Assembly (NCBI RefSeq): GCF_001194135.2
Contig: NC_069001.1
Coordinates: 19,505,213 to 19,540,761 of the forward strand
Length of the DNA stretch: 35,549 nt
From: Octopus bimaculoides
Lineage: Eukaryota
Direction: 5' to 3'
The first letter of the stretch is position 1. The number at the start of each line of letters is the position of its first letter. Under the pieces are notes generated by a model, which searched no databases, was not told the origin of the DNA, and saw only the letters and a list, made by a program, of their open reading frames with translations. Made by a program: the position numbers and the translations under genes. Below, piece after piece: positions 12,588-23,712 of the stretch.

Positions 12588-12810
12588 TGGTTATGATGTT
12601 TTATTGTGATTGCAGACTTCTGGTATAATCATTTAACAACTATCAATTCACCAACACATAATTCTGATGTCACTTCTCGAATGACTTCTAATGACTGTTT
12701 TTTACATAGCATCTGCACATACCACACAGCTTTTTTGTATCTCTAGCACATGTGTACTTATACAATTTAGAACCGTCCATTCACGGGGGTGTTCAGATTC
12801 CACCACAACA
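12588..12810 (-). repeat. 5' LTR of the Gypsy element
   Basis: Starts TGTTGTGG on the minus strand and is followed immediately by the TGGCGATGAG PBS. Confidence 0.85.
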
Positions 12811-13215
12811 ATGTGATTGTCTGTTCGTATTATCTATGTATCTATCAGTTTACCTACTTAACTGCCTATTAACAAATGTACCTATGTATATTCTGTAGGT
12901 ATTGGGGTACCTCTACTTTCTATGTGTATTTCCTATTTAGTATGGGGGATTTTTCATTTATGAGGACGTACTTCTGTATTTGTCTGAGTGATGGGTCTTT
13001 TGGGTGCTTGGACAAAATGCGAATGTTGAGATGGTCAAATGTGCCTCCATGTTGGTCTTTGGCATTTTGGTAGACTATTGAGGACTGTTTCTTCTCATCA
13101 TATTGCCTCAAGTGTTCGTTTATTCTCTCTGCTATACTTCTAGATGTATCTCCAAATGCATACCATGTTTTTGTCTTTACAAGCACATTCTATGCACCTT
13201 ATGCTATACTTCTAG
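12811..13215 (-). mobile_element. Penelope-like element, arm A proximal part: GIY-YIG endonuclease C-terminus and start of 3' UTR
   Basis: RCIEC...(frameshift)GDTSRSIAERINEHLRQ...SSIVYQNAKDQH...IRILSKH...RQIQKYVLINEKSPILNRK fits the PLE pattern CxxC-YIG-T-R-R-EH...LN. Confidence 0.85.
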
Positions 13216-13219
13216 GACT

Positions 13220-13990
13220 CTAGAAGTATAACGGAAAGAATAAATGAACACTTGAGGTAATACAAGAAACAATCCTCCATACTCTACCAACATGCCAAAG
13301 ACCAACATGGAGGCACACTGGGCCAACTTGACTTCCACATTTTATCCAAACACTTGAAGGACCCATCACTCAAATACATGAATACATCCTCATAAATAAA
13401 ACATACCCCATACTAAATAGGAAAAACACGTAGGAGGTAGAGATACCCCAATACTTACAGAATATACATACATATGTACATTTGCTAATAGGCAGTTAAG
13501 TAGGTACATAGGTATGTAGGTAAACAGATAGATACATAGGTAGACAGATAGACAGATAGGTAAGTACATAGGTAATACGGAATACACACATTCAAAAGAA
13601 GACAGAAATACATGACCATACATACACTTACACTCCACATATGCATACACACAAAGACATCCATATATAACAGACACACGTACATAATCACACACTCGTA
13701 TGCAAGGAAGCAGAGCTACACACAAATACACACACAAGCATACAAGCACACAAACACATGAATAAGCAGAATACATACGTACATACATGCATATGTACAT
13801 ACATACACACACATACATACATATGTACACACACACACATACAAATGTGCATACAAAAGCATGCTGGTGTGCACAGACACGCATGCAACAAAATCTCAAA
13901 CAGACAAAAGGAACACAGCTATGATAACCGGCAGTCAACATCCGTTGACAAGATTGCAAAAATAACAAAAATTTTGGGAAGACACAAATA
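13220..13990 (+). mobile_element. Penelope-like element, arm B (inverted copy of arm A, uninterrupted)
   Basis: Begins ctagaagtataacggaaagaataaatgaacac (SRSITERINEH); reverse-complement similar to 12811-13143 and then to 8710-9051. Confidence 0.85.
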
Positions 13991-14157
13991 AAACAATATC
14001 CTGCTTTTGCTTATGTGTACAGGGTAAAAAATTAGGAAATTGAACCAGTGCATGTATTGGATAGTAAGGAAGTAAGACTCCTCCCAGACACAACAAATTC
14101 ACTTTAAGAATCTTGCAAACCAGATACAAAAATGAAGCTAATTAGATTAGAAATTAC

Positions 14158-14235
14158 CTTAAAATATTTCTGCATACTGGTTTTATCAAGAACTTCCACT
14201 CTTTCATTTTTCTCTGGAAATTGAAGAAAGTCCTT
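14158..14235 (-). CDS. UTP14: UTP14 coding exon 6: KDFLQFPEKNERVEVLDKTSMQKYFK
   Basis: cttcttgcag| acceptor, |GTAATT donor, 78 nt, phase 0 to 0; corresponds to the EQLVFPL segment. Confidence 0.88.
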
Positions 14236-15878
14236 CTGCAAGAAGATGGAAAAGAAAATTGTACATCATAATAATAGGACAAAGGGCATGTCAACTGCAT
14301 AAACAGCAGATGAGAGAGAGAGGGAGTATGCGTGTGAGACTATGGCCAAATGATTAGTAAGTTAACTTCACAAGAACTGAGATTCTATATAAATGTGCCC
14401 ATCTATATAATCACACCAACATAAATATAAGTGTGAGGTATACTCAAATGGTTATTAAGTTCACTTCACAGTCATCGGGTCCTAGTTCTCTCCAACTGTA
14501 TGGCATCATTGGCAAGAGTTTTACCATAACTTCAGGTGAACTCAAGCTTTGGGAGTGAAAAGAGACAGATATTGGGTGGAAGCCTATTGGTTAGACAAAT
14601 CCTGCAATTTAAAGACCCAACTTTGTTACTGATTAACTCTATGACTATGTCAGACTTGATCAAATAGACTTGTGGTCAAAGGCATTCTATCAATGACCAG
14701 CTTGTCCTTTTTCATTCCGTAGTGTATCTAGGAAGACATTATGCAATGTCTTACTTTTTCAAGGTAGTATGACTGCAGTATATAGCAGAATGAGTCAATA
14801 TAGAGGCTACCTTGTAGATGAAAATATGTTGAATCTGTCTGAAAATTATGCAAATAGTATATGTCTGTGGAATATTCAGCCTCTTACTCCATAGCTCAGC
14901 AAGTAGGTGGTTTCTTTGTTGAACCACTAAGACACTCATACATGGAAATCCCATCAGGTGAATATAATTCTTTTTTTAAATAAATTGGTCAGAGTAAGAG
15001 GAATACTAACCATGACTTTCATACATGCTTCCAAACAGGTGAGATTGAATTGGCAAATGCCCAGCCCTTAAAGGATTCTACAAGTTCAATGTGTGCAGGA
15101 CATGAGATCAGCAATATAACAGAAAGAAATCTATTAAAAAATGGTGGTGTAAGTAGGGCATTACATGTTTTCCTACGATGCAAATAAAAGCATTCAAGAC
15201 CCGATGGTGATGGTGGTGTTAAATATCTACAGCAACAAAAGAGAAATGAGCTGAGCAGAGTCCACTGAATGTGTATAACTAAGTTGTGAAGGGTTGAATG
15301 AATGCATGTGAGATAAATAACTGGGTGTACCAGAGGTATCAACATAAGTAACAAAAAAAGGAGATACTGGTAGACATGTAGTATACATGGGTGGCTCAAA
15401 TAACAGAAGTTGACTGCCATAAATAAAGTCTGCCTTGGGCTTCCAAACTTATGCGATCAGAGCTTATCTGGGTCTCCAAGGAATTCAGTTAAGTGAGACT
15501 TCAAGACTTCCTCCTGAACAGGTTTCCAGTCTGTCACAAGGTGAACTCCCAACTGCTACTGGTACATATTTTTAGTTAAGTGGGCTGGAGCAAAGAGAAA
15601 TGAAATGTCCTGCACAAGAATACAATGTGCTGCCTGGTCTGAAAATTAACTCCATGACTAATGATCATGAACCCTAATGACCTAACCACAAGGCCACAAA
15701 CCTATACTTGACTGCCATAAGGAGAACAAAAATGAAGTGGAGCAAAGAATAAAAACAAGAAAATCATGTGTGTGTGAGTGTGTGTGTGAGTGTGTGTATA
15801 ACTTTATACAGGAGGAAAAAGATTTTATAACAAAAAGAAACTCAAGAGATGAGCACAATGTACTGTCCCAAAACATAC

Positions 15879-15956
15879 CTTACGGTTATCCCAAACTATA
15901 TTGTCCCACATTGACAGTTCTTCACAAGTTTTAGTGAATGCAGTAGCTCGGTCAAT
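15879..15956 (-). CDS. UTP14: UTP14 coding exon 5: IDRATAFTKTCEELSMWDNIVWDNRK
   Basis: ctttcatttcacag| acceptor, |GTATGT donor, 78 nt, phase 0 to 0; matches IHREVAFNKTAQVLSKWDPVVLKNR. Confidence 0.92.
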
Positions 15957-16108
15957 CTGTGAAATGAAAGATTTTAAATTAGTTTATATAAAAGAAAAAA
16001 ATGGATATATTTTATAGTTTGAAATAGAAAAAATAACTGAACTATTTTAAAACAGTTTGGTAAACATGAGTTATTAACAGCATTCATGCACACACACACT
16101 CACATACA

Positions 16109-16230
16109 TAGCTGTGTGGTAAAGAAGATTGCTTCCAAACCATGTGGTTTCAGGTTTCTACTATAGTTTGAACCAGCCAAAGCCTTTTGAGTGTATTTGG
16201 TAGTTGGAAACTGAAAGAAGCCCATTGAAT
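16109..16230 (+). mobile_element. Truncated tRNA-derived SINE copy with an internal deletion
   Basis: gctgtgtggtaaagaag...ctactatag...ccaaagccttttgagtgtatttggtag..ggaaactgaaagaagccc; same family as 24355-24754. Confidence 0.7.
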
Positions 16231-17089
16231 GTATAACGTGTCCCTTGTCATGACATCACGTGATGGCTCTAAATAAGTGTCACCATCATACAAGAGAAGT
16301 AGTTCATCTCTAGTCTTCCATGAGGAAATAATGCTTTGCTTGTTAACAGGAAGCCATACAAAATCAGCCTCAACAAACTCTGATACATTCAAGCACGGAG
16401 TAGTAGATGTCAAAACAATGATGATAGATTTTGATACAGTTTCTACCGATTCTACCTACAAGGCATTATTCAGCTTAATATAGCAGATGACACTTGCTCA
16501 AAGTATCACAAAATCAGGCTAAACCTGAGACCATGTGGATGCAAAGCAAAATTCTTAACCACACTGCCACATCTTTGCCTTCTGATTTATTAAGAAAATA
16601 TAATCATATTGTCATGGAAATATTGTGTATGTATGGTATGTATCAGCAACCATACCTCCACCTTTGCTCATCATTCACTACACATTCATCTCTACTTGAA
16701 TCTCTAACCATCTGTTATTTTCCTCTCACACTTTAATGAACATATCCACCTGCCTTCCCAATCCTGTCCATATTTTCTCTTATACTCATCTTCTTGTATC
16801 TTGAAAGTACACTGACACCTCCTCACCATCTTTGTTTTCTTTTCACTTTCTCCCACCCACCCTTGTATAATGTGAGGTAGACATGTATTTCCTCTATAGT
16901 AAGGCACCTGTATCTGTCACTGTACCATACTTTAGCTTCTCAATACCTGGTATAAAGTCATTCCCCTCAAAACTACACATGTACTCAGTCAAAGGGTCTT
17001 CAACAACAAGACTACTATTTGTAACTCAGTGTAAAACACACAGACACATGTAAGTGCATGCACACACACACACTTATATCATCATCATT

Positions 17090-17412
17090 GTTTAATTCCT
17101 ACTTTTCCATGCTTGCATGAGTCAGACAAAATTTGTTGAGGTTTCTTTTCTACAGTCAGAAACCTTTGTCACCAATCCTTACATTTTCTCTATGACCAGA
17201 CATGCTTTTCACAAAAGACTGGAAACAAACATTGTTTGTATGAGGTGATGCCTGTTTATAATATTCACATGATGTCAAGGCAACACTACACACACACACG
17301 ATGGGCATCTTCAAACCTGGGACTATAATAGAAGACATGTACCCAAGGTGTCACACAGAAGGACTGGACCTGAGTATATGGTCAAGAATCAAGCTTCTTA
17401 ACCATAAAGCCA
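17090..17412 (-). mobile_element. Degenerate SINE with an RTE-type tail, antisense copy
   Basis: Reverse-complement similarity to the SINE head (gacatgtacccaaggtgtcac...ggactggacctgag...ttcttaacca) and to the tgatgatg tail family. Confidence 0.55.
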
Positions 17413-17570
17413 AAGATACATACATACATACATGCATGCATGCTTTTATTTCAAACATGTTATATTAAAACATGCTTTTTTTTATGAAGAATTTTTATTG
17501 TTTTTTATAATCTTTTACGTTTATCCAAGGATCATATTTATTGTTACAAAAGCTCAATACAAATTATTAC

Positions 17571-17713
17571 CTTCTCTTTTTCATGTTTAAGTAATGGTTC
17601 TGTAATCACATTCTTCTTTCCTTGGATATTCTTCAAAGTTTTAGCTAGCTTTTTCTTATTGGTTTTATCTTTCAAAGATTGCACCAAGTCTTGAATGTGG
17701 ACTTTGCTAAGGT
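17571..17713 (-). CDS. UTP14: UTP14 coding exon 4: (D)LSKVHIQDLVQSLKDKTNKKKLAKTLKNIQGKKNVITEPLLKHEKEK
   Basis: 143 nt, phase 1 to 0; AAG acceptor, |GTAATA donor; aligns by eye to human KLVLADLL...KKTVELPLNKEEIER. Confidence 0.88.
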
Positions 17714-19231
17714 CTTCACAGAAAATAAACCACAAGAAAAGGAACTCATTAAAGCAATGATAAAAACTAGAACACTTTATAAGTATTTATCAAAACATTA
17801 CTGATATTTAATTATAAACAATCATTTTGTTATTATACACTGATATACTGAATACCAGAGGCACCTGAAGAATGATGGTTGGTACAGGAGCTGAAATATT
17901 GTAGAGGAAGATACTGGTTTGAATATATCAGTAAATAATAATTCCTCATCTCAGTATTTATTGCTCGCTATCAGCCATTGCTATCCCATTAGCCATCTAT
18001 CTTTTTGTCTGTCAGTTTATAATACTTTTTTCATCTCCTTTTCATTTATCTGTCTATTTAACACTATTTTCATCTAACCCCTCACCTTAATCCTTTATTC
18101 ATCATATTATTGTCTGTCTATCAATCTATAAATCTTCTCTCTTGTTTATATGTCTACTTCTCATTTGTCTACCAGTCTATCTCAATATCTATTAATCTCT
18201 CACTCTCAGCCCTATTTACAGCCACCTAACACATTTTTAAATCATTCTCTAGCAAATGCCCCTCTGAAATATCAAAATTCCTTTTGCCGCCCCTAACTAC
18301 ACACAATTTTCTTCCATTTTATGAACTTTATTGAACTGATATCTTGCCTATGACCATGGGAGTTTCTATATTCATTTGACTGGCTAGAAACAGCACAAAA
18401 GTTTTCCTCAAATCATCTCCAACCAATTTAAAATCTCTCTTAAACAGCACCCTCTAGAGTCTCTTTTGGTCATAGCTGACCATAGGTTTCTGTACACAGA
18501 AAGCCCCTAGTCTAAGAGGCAAACCTCAACAAGCTTTCCTGTGGAAGGCTAGCAGTTGCTCATGCATGGATACCTCTCCTCTCCACATTGTTGTCTGATG
18601 TTGTCTGGGAGAGGCAAAGCCAATGAAACATGGAATCAGTACAATTGCAGGAAGTTACTGTCAGAACACAAACAGCCTGAACAAATACTAGTTACCTATC
18701 TGACACTCCAGCAGGTTGACTAAGCCACCACTCTGGATTGGAACTTTTTCATCAATCCCTAAAAAATGGGAAGTAAGGTTGACCTCAGAACTAACACTAT
18801 GAGGCATCCTATCCAACATTCTAAAGGCTCTGACAACTTGCAATCAAATTACACTCTACAACCTTAAAAAAAGAACAATACATTGGATTTAGTTGTAGAT
18901 ACACTGTATCCAAATGAAATTGCTACAGCTAAAAGATCTTTGATCATAAGTTTACTTAATTAAGACTGACCTGGAGCTAAACAATTAAGCCTGCTAAAAA
19001 TAGTTAAAGATAAAGAGTCAGACTGGGTAAATGCTTTATAACATTTTAGTTCTAAGTCAATTTTGCCTTTTAGTGACTCTTGTCAAGTACCAGTAACTTT
19101 ACTAGAGAAAGGAGAACAATTCATGCAACAACTGTTTCTCTTACAAAATAATTAAAAAAAAAAAAGTAGGAGTCAAAAATGGTTTCAAGAGCCAAAATTA
19201 AAGAACCAACATAAACAAATCGGTCACCTAC

Positions 19232-19299
19232 CATTTGCTGCTCCAAAGTTGAATTCTGACACATTTTTTCCAACCACAGTCCTCTGGTTGTAGCGAGCC
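19232..19299 (-). CDS. UTP14: UTP14 coding exon 3: ARYNQRTVVGKNVSEFNFGAAN
   Basis: ttctcattcag| acceptor, |GTAGGT donor, 68 nt, phase 2 to 1; contains the conserved VSEFN motif. Confidence 0.9.
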
Positions 19300-20439
19300 C
19301 TGAATGAGAATAATTTACACAAATTGAAAAACTAAATCTATAATGTTTCAATTCTATGAAACATTTGCATTGGTAGAACTGTTAGGGTATTACTAGTATT
19401 TAGTTACAGCCCTTTATGCTCCAAGTTCAAACTCCACTGAATTAACTTTCTTTTCCTTCCTTTCAAGGTTGATAAAATGAAGTACTAATCAAGCGCTAGG
19501 GTTGATTTAATCATCTTAAACCATCCCACCAAAATTTCTGACCTTGTACCTATGTTCGAAACAATTATAATTATTATTATTATTAGGACAGTGGGTTGGT
19601 AGAATCATTTGAGCACCAAACAAAATGCCTTGCCATGTTTCTTCCCACACTTTACATTCTGAGTTCAAATCCTACTATGGTCAACTTTGTCTTTCTGGTC
19701 AAATACTGGAGTTAATTTAATCAACTAACCCCATCCCACAAATTGTGGCCTTATGCCTAGGTTAGAGATTAATATTATTATTATGACAACAATGATGATG
19801 GCAGTGTTGGTGGTGGGTCTCCTGATTCAATGCATCAGTGGGAAAATTTTCCTTTCATGTAAGGTATCTAACCATTTCATGATCCTCATTTCTAACAAGA
19901 ACAGACTATTTTATGGGATTTAATTATTAATTTGAAAATTTGAAGGAGGTTTAGTAAAATGACTCCAGTTTTTTATTTTTTTATTTGTTGGTCATTATTT
20001 TGTTGTTTAATCCCAGGTTGGTCCTCTTGAAGCAGACCTTTTTGTTTTATGATTCTATTCTTTTACAGATTTCAGTTACTGGATTGTAGCCACTTATTTG
20101 GATTTTTTTTCAGTCAATCATAACAACTACAGTACTTATTTCACCTTAGTACTTCTTTTATCGTTCAATATTTACTGTTTGGGTTAAATTATCATTTTTA
20201 CTCAACACCAGTCTTGTTTTAGCAGGCAGTCTTATTTCAAACAGAAACAAATGTACATAAAACAGCAATAAAAGTTTAAGGCAATTTCCCCTGTTAAATC
20301 AGATATTAGTCTCGCAAGCCTTGTGACAATCATATTTATTATAGTTCCCTTTTGAGGCAATGTTTTACAGTCAGATACCCTTCCTTGTCACCAACATCTT
20401 TAGCTACCTCTTACACATATATGCATGTGTGTATGTATA

Positions 20440-21443
20440 TCATGGAAAACAAAGTATAAATGTTTTGAGAGAAAAATTGAGCATAAGAGGCATCAGATCT
20501 AGAGAGCAAGAAGGAAAACTACACTTGTATGGTCATGTGATGTATATGGGTGAAGATAGCAGCATAAAATGCCAATCCCTAAATGTAGTTGAAACCTGTG
20601 GAAGAGATATACTCAAGATGACATGGGACAAAGGCAGCAAAAAAATGACCTAAAGATGTTGAGTCTCATAGAAGAGATTACATAGGACCAAAATGATGGC
20701 TGATCTGCTGTGCTCGAGAAGACCTGTTCACCTAAATAAAAATGACACCCAAAAGGCACATTGTTCATGGTTATACCTCTCTCCCTCACAACTCATCTTC
20801 CTAACACTCTGCTCTCCCTCCACTTATGTTCACTGCTCACTACATTCTCCTCCCCTCTATCTCCCACTCACCTTTCATACTCTTGCAAACTTGCTTGCAT
20901 ACAATTTGTCCCTGATAAATCTCTCCCCACTGCAACTCATCTTTTTAACCCCTCCATCTGTGTTCACTCACTGCCTTCCCAGTCTCCTTTTGTACTCTCA
21001 CAAACTTACCCACCCACTCACCATATCCAATCTTCTGTATCACTTTACATAATCCCTTCCCTGTAACTTGAGTGTGCTATAACACATCTTCACTTATCTT
21101 CTTTCTCTCCCTTCCCAATTGGAGAAGAAATGCATCTGCTTTACTGCAAGACACCTGTCTCTATTCTTCTAGAACACACTAACCTCTCATCACCTGCCAC
21201 AAAGGCACTTCCTCCCCATTCAATTAAGGGATGTGGTCTTGCAAATTACTTGGTGACCTTACTGGTGCTGGTGCCACATACAAAGCACCCGGTACACTCT
21301 TTAAAGTGGTTGGCATTAGGAAGGGCATCAAGCCATAGAAACCATGCCAAAATAGACAGCAGGACTTGGTGCAGTCCTCTGATTTGCTAGCTCTCGTCAA
21401 ACTGTCCAATTCATGCCAGTATGTTAAATGATGATGATGATAA
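20440..21443 (+). mobile_element. RTE-clade LINE 3' fragment (ORF end, CT-rich 3' UTR, (GAT)n tail)
   Basis: EKLSIRGIRSREQEGKLHLYGHVMYMGEDS...VVETCGR parallels 25860-26030; tail ...gttggcattaggaagggcatc...gttaaatgatgatgatgat. Confidence 0.75.
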
Positions 21444-21444
21444 G

Positions 21445-21450
<6 letters not shown>

Positions 21451-21491
<41 letters not shown>
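21451..21491. repeat. (AC)n microsatellite
   Basis: Directly visible. Confidence 0.97.
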
Positions 21492-21495
<4 letters not shown>

Positions 21496-21861
21496 AAGGT
21501 TCTAAATTCCAACACATTTTTCTGTCTATGTAATTCCATTTTCTAGATATGATGAACCTGCTGCTGTGGTGCAAGACGTTTGTCCAATGTGTAGCACAAT
21601 GGGAGTGAACTCGAAACCATGTGGTTGTAAAATGAACTTCTTAACCACACAGCCATAACTTCACAAAAGTATTCCAGTTATGATCATACCAGCACTTACT
21701 TTTTTCACACAACACATTATCCAATATAATGTAGAAATAATTTCTAAAGTCTTATGGCATGGTTTAAGAAAAATTTAACCATTTTTCCTAGCTGGTCAAG
21801 TAACCATATAGAGATTCCCTTATATGCTCAAGTTTCCACCAATCTTTAATGTACAAGTTGA

Positions 21862-21940
21862 AGCTTGACATATAAGCTAGTTTTGACGTATAAGTTGATG
21901 TTTGACATATAGGTTAACGTTTGTTGTATAAGTTTGATGT
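21862..21940. repeat. Degenerate minisatellite, 4-5 units of about 17-20 bp (tttgacatataagttgatg-like)
   Basis: ttgacatataagctag / ttttgacgtataagttgatg / tttgacatataggttaacg / tttgttgtataagtttgatg. Confidence 0.7.
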
Positions 21941-21945
21941 ATTAA

Positions 21946-22164
21946 TCCTTTAGCATTCACATTATTCTGTCAACAGTAATATTTATTTATTCACTTTGTT
22001 TTGAATTAATCATGCATTATTTTGTAGCTATGAGATTTTGATGAACTAACTGTTAATTTTTACGATGGTGCTTTAGGGTCGGTGTGAGAGGCCAGACTGG
22101 CCAGTTTGAGCATAAAACAAACAGAATATTTGGGCCAGATATGGCTGGTTTAAAGGCTAAAGGG
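21946..22164. mobile_element. piggyBac-like MITE, 219 bp
   Basis: TTAA target duplications at 21942-21945 and 22165-22168; TIRs tcctttagc / gctaaaggg. Confidence 0.8.
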
Positions 22165-23647
22165 TTAAGTTGATACTTGAAATAGAGCTGAATAAAAGAC
22201 AAAATATCTACCAACAGAAATTCCATATCATTCACATATTTTAATGAATTACAATTATTTCAATCGTTGGAGAATGACTGGGTCAGTCAATCTGACAGTT
22301 GGAAGTTGTTAGAACTGTAGGAAATCATAAAAGGCGGCATAATGGTCGTTTGCCCGAACAAGCATAATTGTTGGTATCCCGTTGGTTAAAATTACTGCCC
22401 ATATTTGAATTCTAAACTTTCGTCAAAGAGAATTCTTTCACAAAATACGGTTCTTAGAATTCAGGTATGAGCAGTTACAGAAACCCTGATTTTGGGGAAA
22501 TTAATCAGTGTTCGTAGGATGTTACTAAACTCCATGACACTCACTCCTTGAGATATTGGCTATTTTTCATACCATGTCTATGATAAAAATCCAACAAGAC
22601 TTATTTAAATTGTTGTGAGCTCTAGTAGTTAGTATGAAAGATTAGCTAGTGTGAATTTTAAGTAGTAATTCTCTATGACAAAATGATTTTACTTTCCAAT
22701 TGTACTATAAATGCTAAATGTACATAAATAAAATAATGTAGTAATTATTTTCTCTTTCTTCATGTTCTTCAGCTTGTTAATGAAATTTATCTCTGCAATT
22801 ATGAAACTGTGTATTTTTTATAGCGGTTAAAAGAACACAAATTTATTTATCTTCAACATACATGCATGCATAAAATGTCCATTAGTGTTTCAGAGTATAT
22901 ATTTCTCACTATGATGTTTATGTAGCTGGAGTCAGGATTTATGTATAATGATAACATTTATAAGTTATAAGTGACATGTTTATCAATATATATTCCTACT
23001 TCAAAAGTAAAATATATTTATTATCTAATTCCAAATAGGAAACATATAAAAGTAGTGTTACACAAACAGTAACCAAACCAGCTATAGAACAAAGAGCCTG
23101 ACTAAATCTCATGCAGTAAACATCCTGCAGAACTTATTAGAGATAAAATAAACCTACATACTTCAGTTTGTGACAACAATCTGATATAAAACCTATTTGT
23201 AAATCTCCATCCTAATAAGAACCACTTCTTGCATGATTTGCTTTCAGTTCTCAACAAGACATTAAATACACTGGATTAATTGCTGTTGTTTAGCTTCAAG
23301 TCAACTCTAATTGAACAGACTGATGGTTGAAGGTGTTCCAACGGTAATCAGCTCACCTTTCTGTACATCGAAGTCCACAATCATCAAATGTATCCTTTCT
23401 TATTTAAGACAGTAATGTAATTTGACTGTTATTTCTAGAAGTTAGAGCAACCATGTAGAAGATCTCTCAATAAAACAGTTATCTGATTATGCAAAATTAA
23501 CAGTGTACCACAAGCCAAAGGCTAATACAGATATCAGAGAATATAACACCTAGAATAAATGTTCAATTTTGTTCTATCATAAATGATTTCAGTTAACACA
23601 GCAATGAAACACAAAAACTCTCAAAGGAAATTAGTATAAATACTTAC

Positions 23648-23712
23648 TTTTTGTGGTTAAGAGCAAGAACTGAGTCTATGAGTCTTTTCCTTGTTCTGTC
23701 ATCATCCATACC
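23648..23712 (-). CDS. UTP14: UTP14 coding exon 2: GMDDDRTRKRLIDSVLALNHK(K)
   Basis: ttgtcttgtag| acceptor, |GTAAGT donor, 65 nt, phase 0 to 2; resembles human DDERKHQKLLEAISSLDGK (recalled). Confidence 0.88.

Larger units (their letters stand above)
9052..12810 (-). mobile_element. Ty3/Gypsy LTR retrotransposon (K02A2.6-like), decayed and internally deleted
   Basis: Gag-like NSIEEFVYNPEEGITFSAYFSRY; RT RVCADFSTGLN and AYLDDILI; RNase H EKEALAIIFAVKKFHKFIHG and RLQRWGMILLNYDF; integrase HLDFAG and PNTESGMSPAELMFAR. LTR cores 9052-9238 and 12588-12776; PBS TGGCGATGAGGATG (12574-12587); PPT GGCGGGGGAGAAAGG (9301-9315). Confidence 0.95.

Noticed and set aside
9052-12776. Direct repeats and short repeat units considered as a CRISPR-like or prokaryotic array
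   Set aside because: They are LTRs; no repeat-spacer periodicity, cas genes or operon structure exist anywhere in the window.
18450-18740. Resemblance to the 5' region of RTE/BovB-like elements
   Set aside because: The similarity is from memory only, too degenerate to delimit, and has no protein motif.
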